Below are positions 61,501-64,000 of a DNA stretch of 64,000 nt, piece by piece. Every line of letters begins with the position of its first letter. The stretch's first letter is position 1. Source of the stretch: Klebsormidium nitens (Eukaryota > Plantae > Klebsormidiophyceae); assembly GCA_000708835.1 (NCBI GenBank), contig DF237220.1:1-64000 (forward strand), given 5' to 3'. The notes beneath the pieces are model-generated. The model searched no databases and was not told where the DNA came from. It saw nothing but the letters and a program-made list of their open reading frames with translations. The translations under genes were made by a program, and so were the position numbers.

Positions 61501-64000
61501 CGTCCTTCCTCTGGCCGGCGCCTCTTTCATCGATCTGGACGACATGCAAATCAAGGGTAATAAGGGTGTTCCTCTATGAATGACATCATGAGGACACAAC
61601 TCTGGGGCTGTACTTCATCATGAAGCCTCGACCGCATGCCTGGTTTCTGTGAGGCTCTTCCCTTGCTGCAATTTTCTGTCGCCTCCCTCTTCTGCATGAA
61701 TTTGAGAGAGCGTCTGGGCTCTCCTGGATAATCCTACCGGACGTTGGCTGGCTGGATCCATTGTAGGACGATCCAAGAAGTGCTGCCCTCAGATGACTCT
61801 ACTCCAAATTGAGCTCCACAGAGTTACGCTGGCGGTGGATCTCACCATCTAAATGACCAGCCGTGGTCTCTGGGAGCCTCTTGTTGTTGCCAGCTTGCCT
61901 GAGACATTTCGCCGCCGCGTCTTCTGCAGCAGACAAGCGAGTCGGCACACAGAGACAAGCGGCAGCTTTGCTTGGTCAAGCTGATTCCAAGGAAGAAGGC
62001 AGCTTCTCACCGCTGGTCTACATCCGGGGCCTTAAGGCGTCGGAACCAACCCACTACGCTGAGAAAGTTGGCACCCTAGCGAGCCTGAGCGAGGCTTCTT
62101 TCTCCAAATTGGCGGGCTCGACTCCTTCGGTGCTAGCCAAGTAAGCAGGGGCTTTCGAGGTTGCGGCGGTGCCTGCAACTGTGGCAGATGTAGCAATCAA
62201 ACACCTTGAAGCAGCTTGCATGGATCTGAATGTGTTCGTCCACTTATTTGGAGCTGAGTTCTGACCGTTTGAACGTCCTCAGTCACAGGCTTAGACGCTG
62301 CAGATGCAGACTCCCTTTATCACCGAAGTGAAGAGACCGCTGAGATGAATGTTCGTTCACTTTTCCTTGTAAACGGTGACGAAGAGCTGGTCCAAGCCAT
62401 GCTTTTCTCGTTCTGTCCAAGTTTGGCATTGCAAAGGTTTCAAGCCCTGCTCATCTTCCTCTGACCTGACCTGACCTGCCCTCCCCAATCCGACAGGTAC
62501 GCCGCAAACAATCTGATCCGCGTCTATGGTCCTAATGGAGAGACTGGCTTCTCTGGCCCCATGAAGGCCTGGTCCTACGGAGCCCAAATCGTGGCCAGCG
62601 ATACCAAGGTGCCTGTCAATCAGTCCCCTTTCCTACGGTAGGAGTGGCCAGGTTACTAGAACTCGTTCAGCTCGTATCCACTGCCATGCCCTGTTCGTTT
62701 CGCATGCAGCAACTCTTTGGTCGTCTTCATCATTGCAAAGATTGGTTGAGTGACGCACATTACCAGCTTTCAGTCTGCCCCACCTGGACCAAATTCTGTA
62801 TCAGACCCAGCGCCTCTGACAAACAACCGTCTTCAGGCTGAGTCGAGGAGAAAGACAAGTGTGAGTCCGCCTCTATTAGTCTGAGACTGTGTTTTGACAG
62901 GCGCACAAAACACATGCAGCTACGCCAGGAAACGCGGAGACAAGGAAGAAGTGGAGAAGACGTGTGGTTGAAAGGCGTTCATATCTTCATTACAGTGTGA
63001 ATATATCGTGTGATGGATAATCAACCATGTCATAAGTCATACTCCTCTTGCGCAGGCGGGCGGAAGGCAGCAAATGCTCCAGCAGGGCTTCTTCTCGGCC
63101 AACGGCGGTTGCGGCTACGTGCTGAAGCCTGATATGTTGAAGGCGGGCCCGAGCATGGGAGCCGCCGTCGATGGCGCTGCCTTTGATCCCAAAGCCAAAA
63201 ATCGTGTCAAAACGACGCTCAAGGTGCATATCTTTCACACGTGATGCGCATTTTTCTGAGAGTGTCAGCAGCTTTCTCAGCCGCCCACGATACGATCTGC
63301 TTCTCAAAGAGCTCAAATTTGCTCGGGGATCGAAGAGGCACAATTTTCGCATCTGGTACATGGAAATGAGCCTTTCAACTTTCAGTGTGACGAGTACCCA
63401 CGGTCAAAAATTGCCCTTCTCAATTCAGCGGCGGGACACCGTGAGGCAGTCTGCGAGGTTGAGGGCACGCTGAGTGTTTGCAAACTAGCTGCAGGCGCTC
63501 GAAAGAAGTGCTGGGAGTTCTCATGATCTGATGATCAGGTTACGAGATTACATGATCAGCCGCGTCGATTTCGTACGAAGAACTCAGAAGATCGACGTTG
63601 ACAGCGCTCTAGACTGGTGATGTTCCATTTACACGGAAGTTTTCTCCCAAGACAAATCAGCGGACGCTCTTGCGATGCACCCTTTTATTTTTGCATATCA
63701 GCAATCTGAATTTGCAAGAAAAGTTCTTGAAACGCGCTTTTATTACCCAGCTATCATCTGAATTTTACGGCATCGAACCCCTCTAGCGGGAACTTGCTGA
63801 CTGCCGTATACCCAAACTGTGAGCTCTGCCAATCATTTGATAAGTCTCATCTGACGTGGCGGCATTGGCGTTGCAGGTCATGATAGTTTGGAGCCAGTCC
63901 GACCAGACTGCAGGGCGACCCGACACGTTCGTACGGGTGAGCCAGGATACCGCGGGCGTGCTTTGGATGCAGACAATTTCCATCTCCATGATCGCGGCAG
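58515..64000 (+). CDS. Phosphoinositide phospholipase C-like protein (EF-X-Y-C2) with a degenerate active site; continues beyond the window
   Basis: In-phase exons: 58515-58664, 58971-59126, 60123-60304, 60821-60944, 61337-61556, 61930-62140, 62497-62608, 63056-63223, 63877-63936. Motifs NMHQPLPQYFI, ALKGGARVVDLE, AFLASDFPIILVIEN, NNLIRVY, WSYGAQIVA, GFFSANGGCGYVLKP and FDPK...VKTTLK|V. Confidence 0.9.

Noticed and set aside
63281-63440. Possible exon (..GNEPFNFQ...IALL..) resembling a C2 strand
   Set aside because: At 160 nt it would shift the frame, and exon 63877-63936 follows TTLK| better. A poison exon cannot be excluded but has no support.

Overview
Eukaryotic nuclear DNA, not prokaryotic. 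The window holds 13 intron-rich protein-coding genes, and every intron I delimited is GT-AG. The gene set (HHL1, MOC1, FKBP16-4, HMGB6, BC10-like GT14, plant-type apgM) points to a streptophyte green alga, Klebsormidium-like; this is inference. Gene order: RING-PHD-SRI protein (+), orphan coiled-coil protein (-), choline transporter CTL (+), cofactor-independent phosphoglycerate mutase (-), Core-2/I-branching glycosyltransferase (+), RBMX2/IST3 (-), FKBP16-4 (+), HMGB6 (+), HHL1 (-), MOC1 (+), NUP88 (-), FNBP4-like WW protein (+), and a PI-PLC-like gene (+) that runs off the right end. Most ORFs in the supplied track are exon/intron read-throughs or GC shadow frames. I assembled exon chains by eye from splice sites and remembered homologue motifs. 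I found no rRNA, complete tRNA, CRISPR array or autonomous transposon. Top leads: (1) a duplicated, probably mutually exclusive exon carrying the DEHY active-site motif of the glycosyltransferase; (2) an intact PLC-like gene that has lost both catalytic histidines and carries an N-terminal acylation motif; (3) a roughly 2.5-3x excess of short palindromes in tail-to-tail gene spacers; (4) a TTAA-flanked fold-back MITE and a second dispersed fold-back element family.
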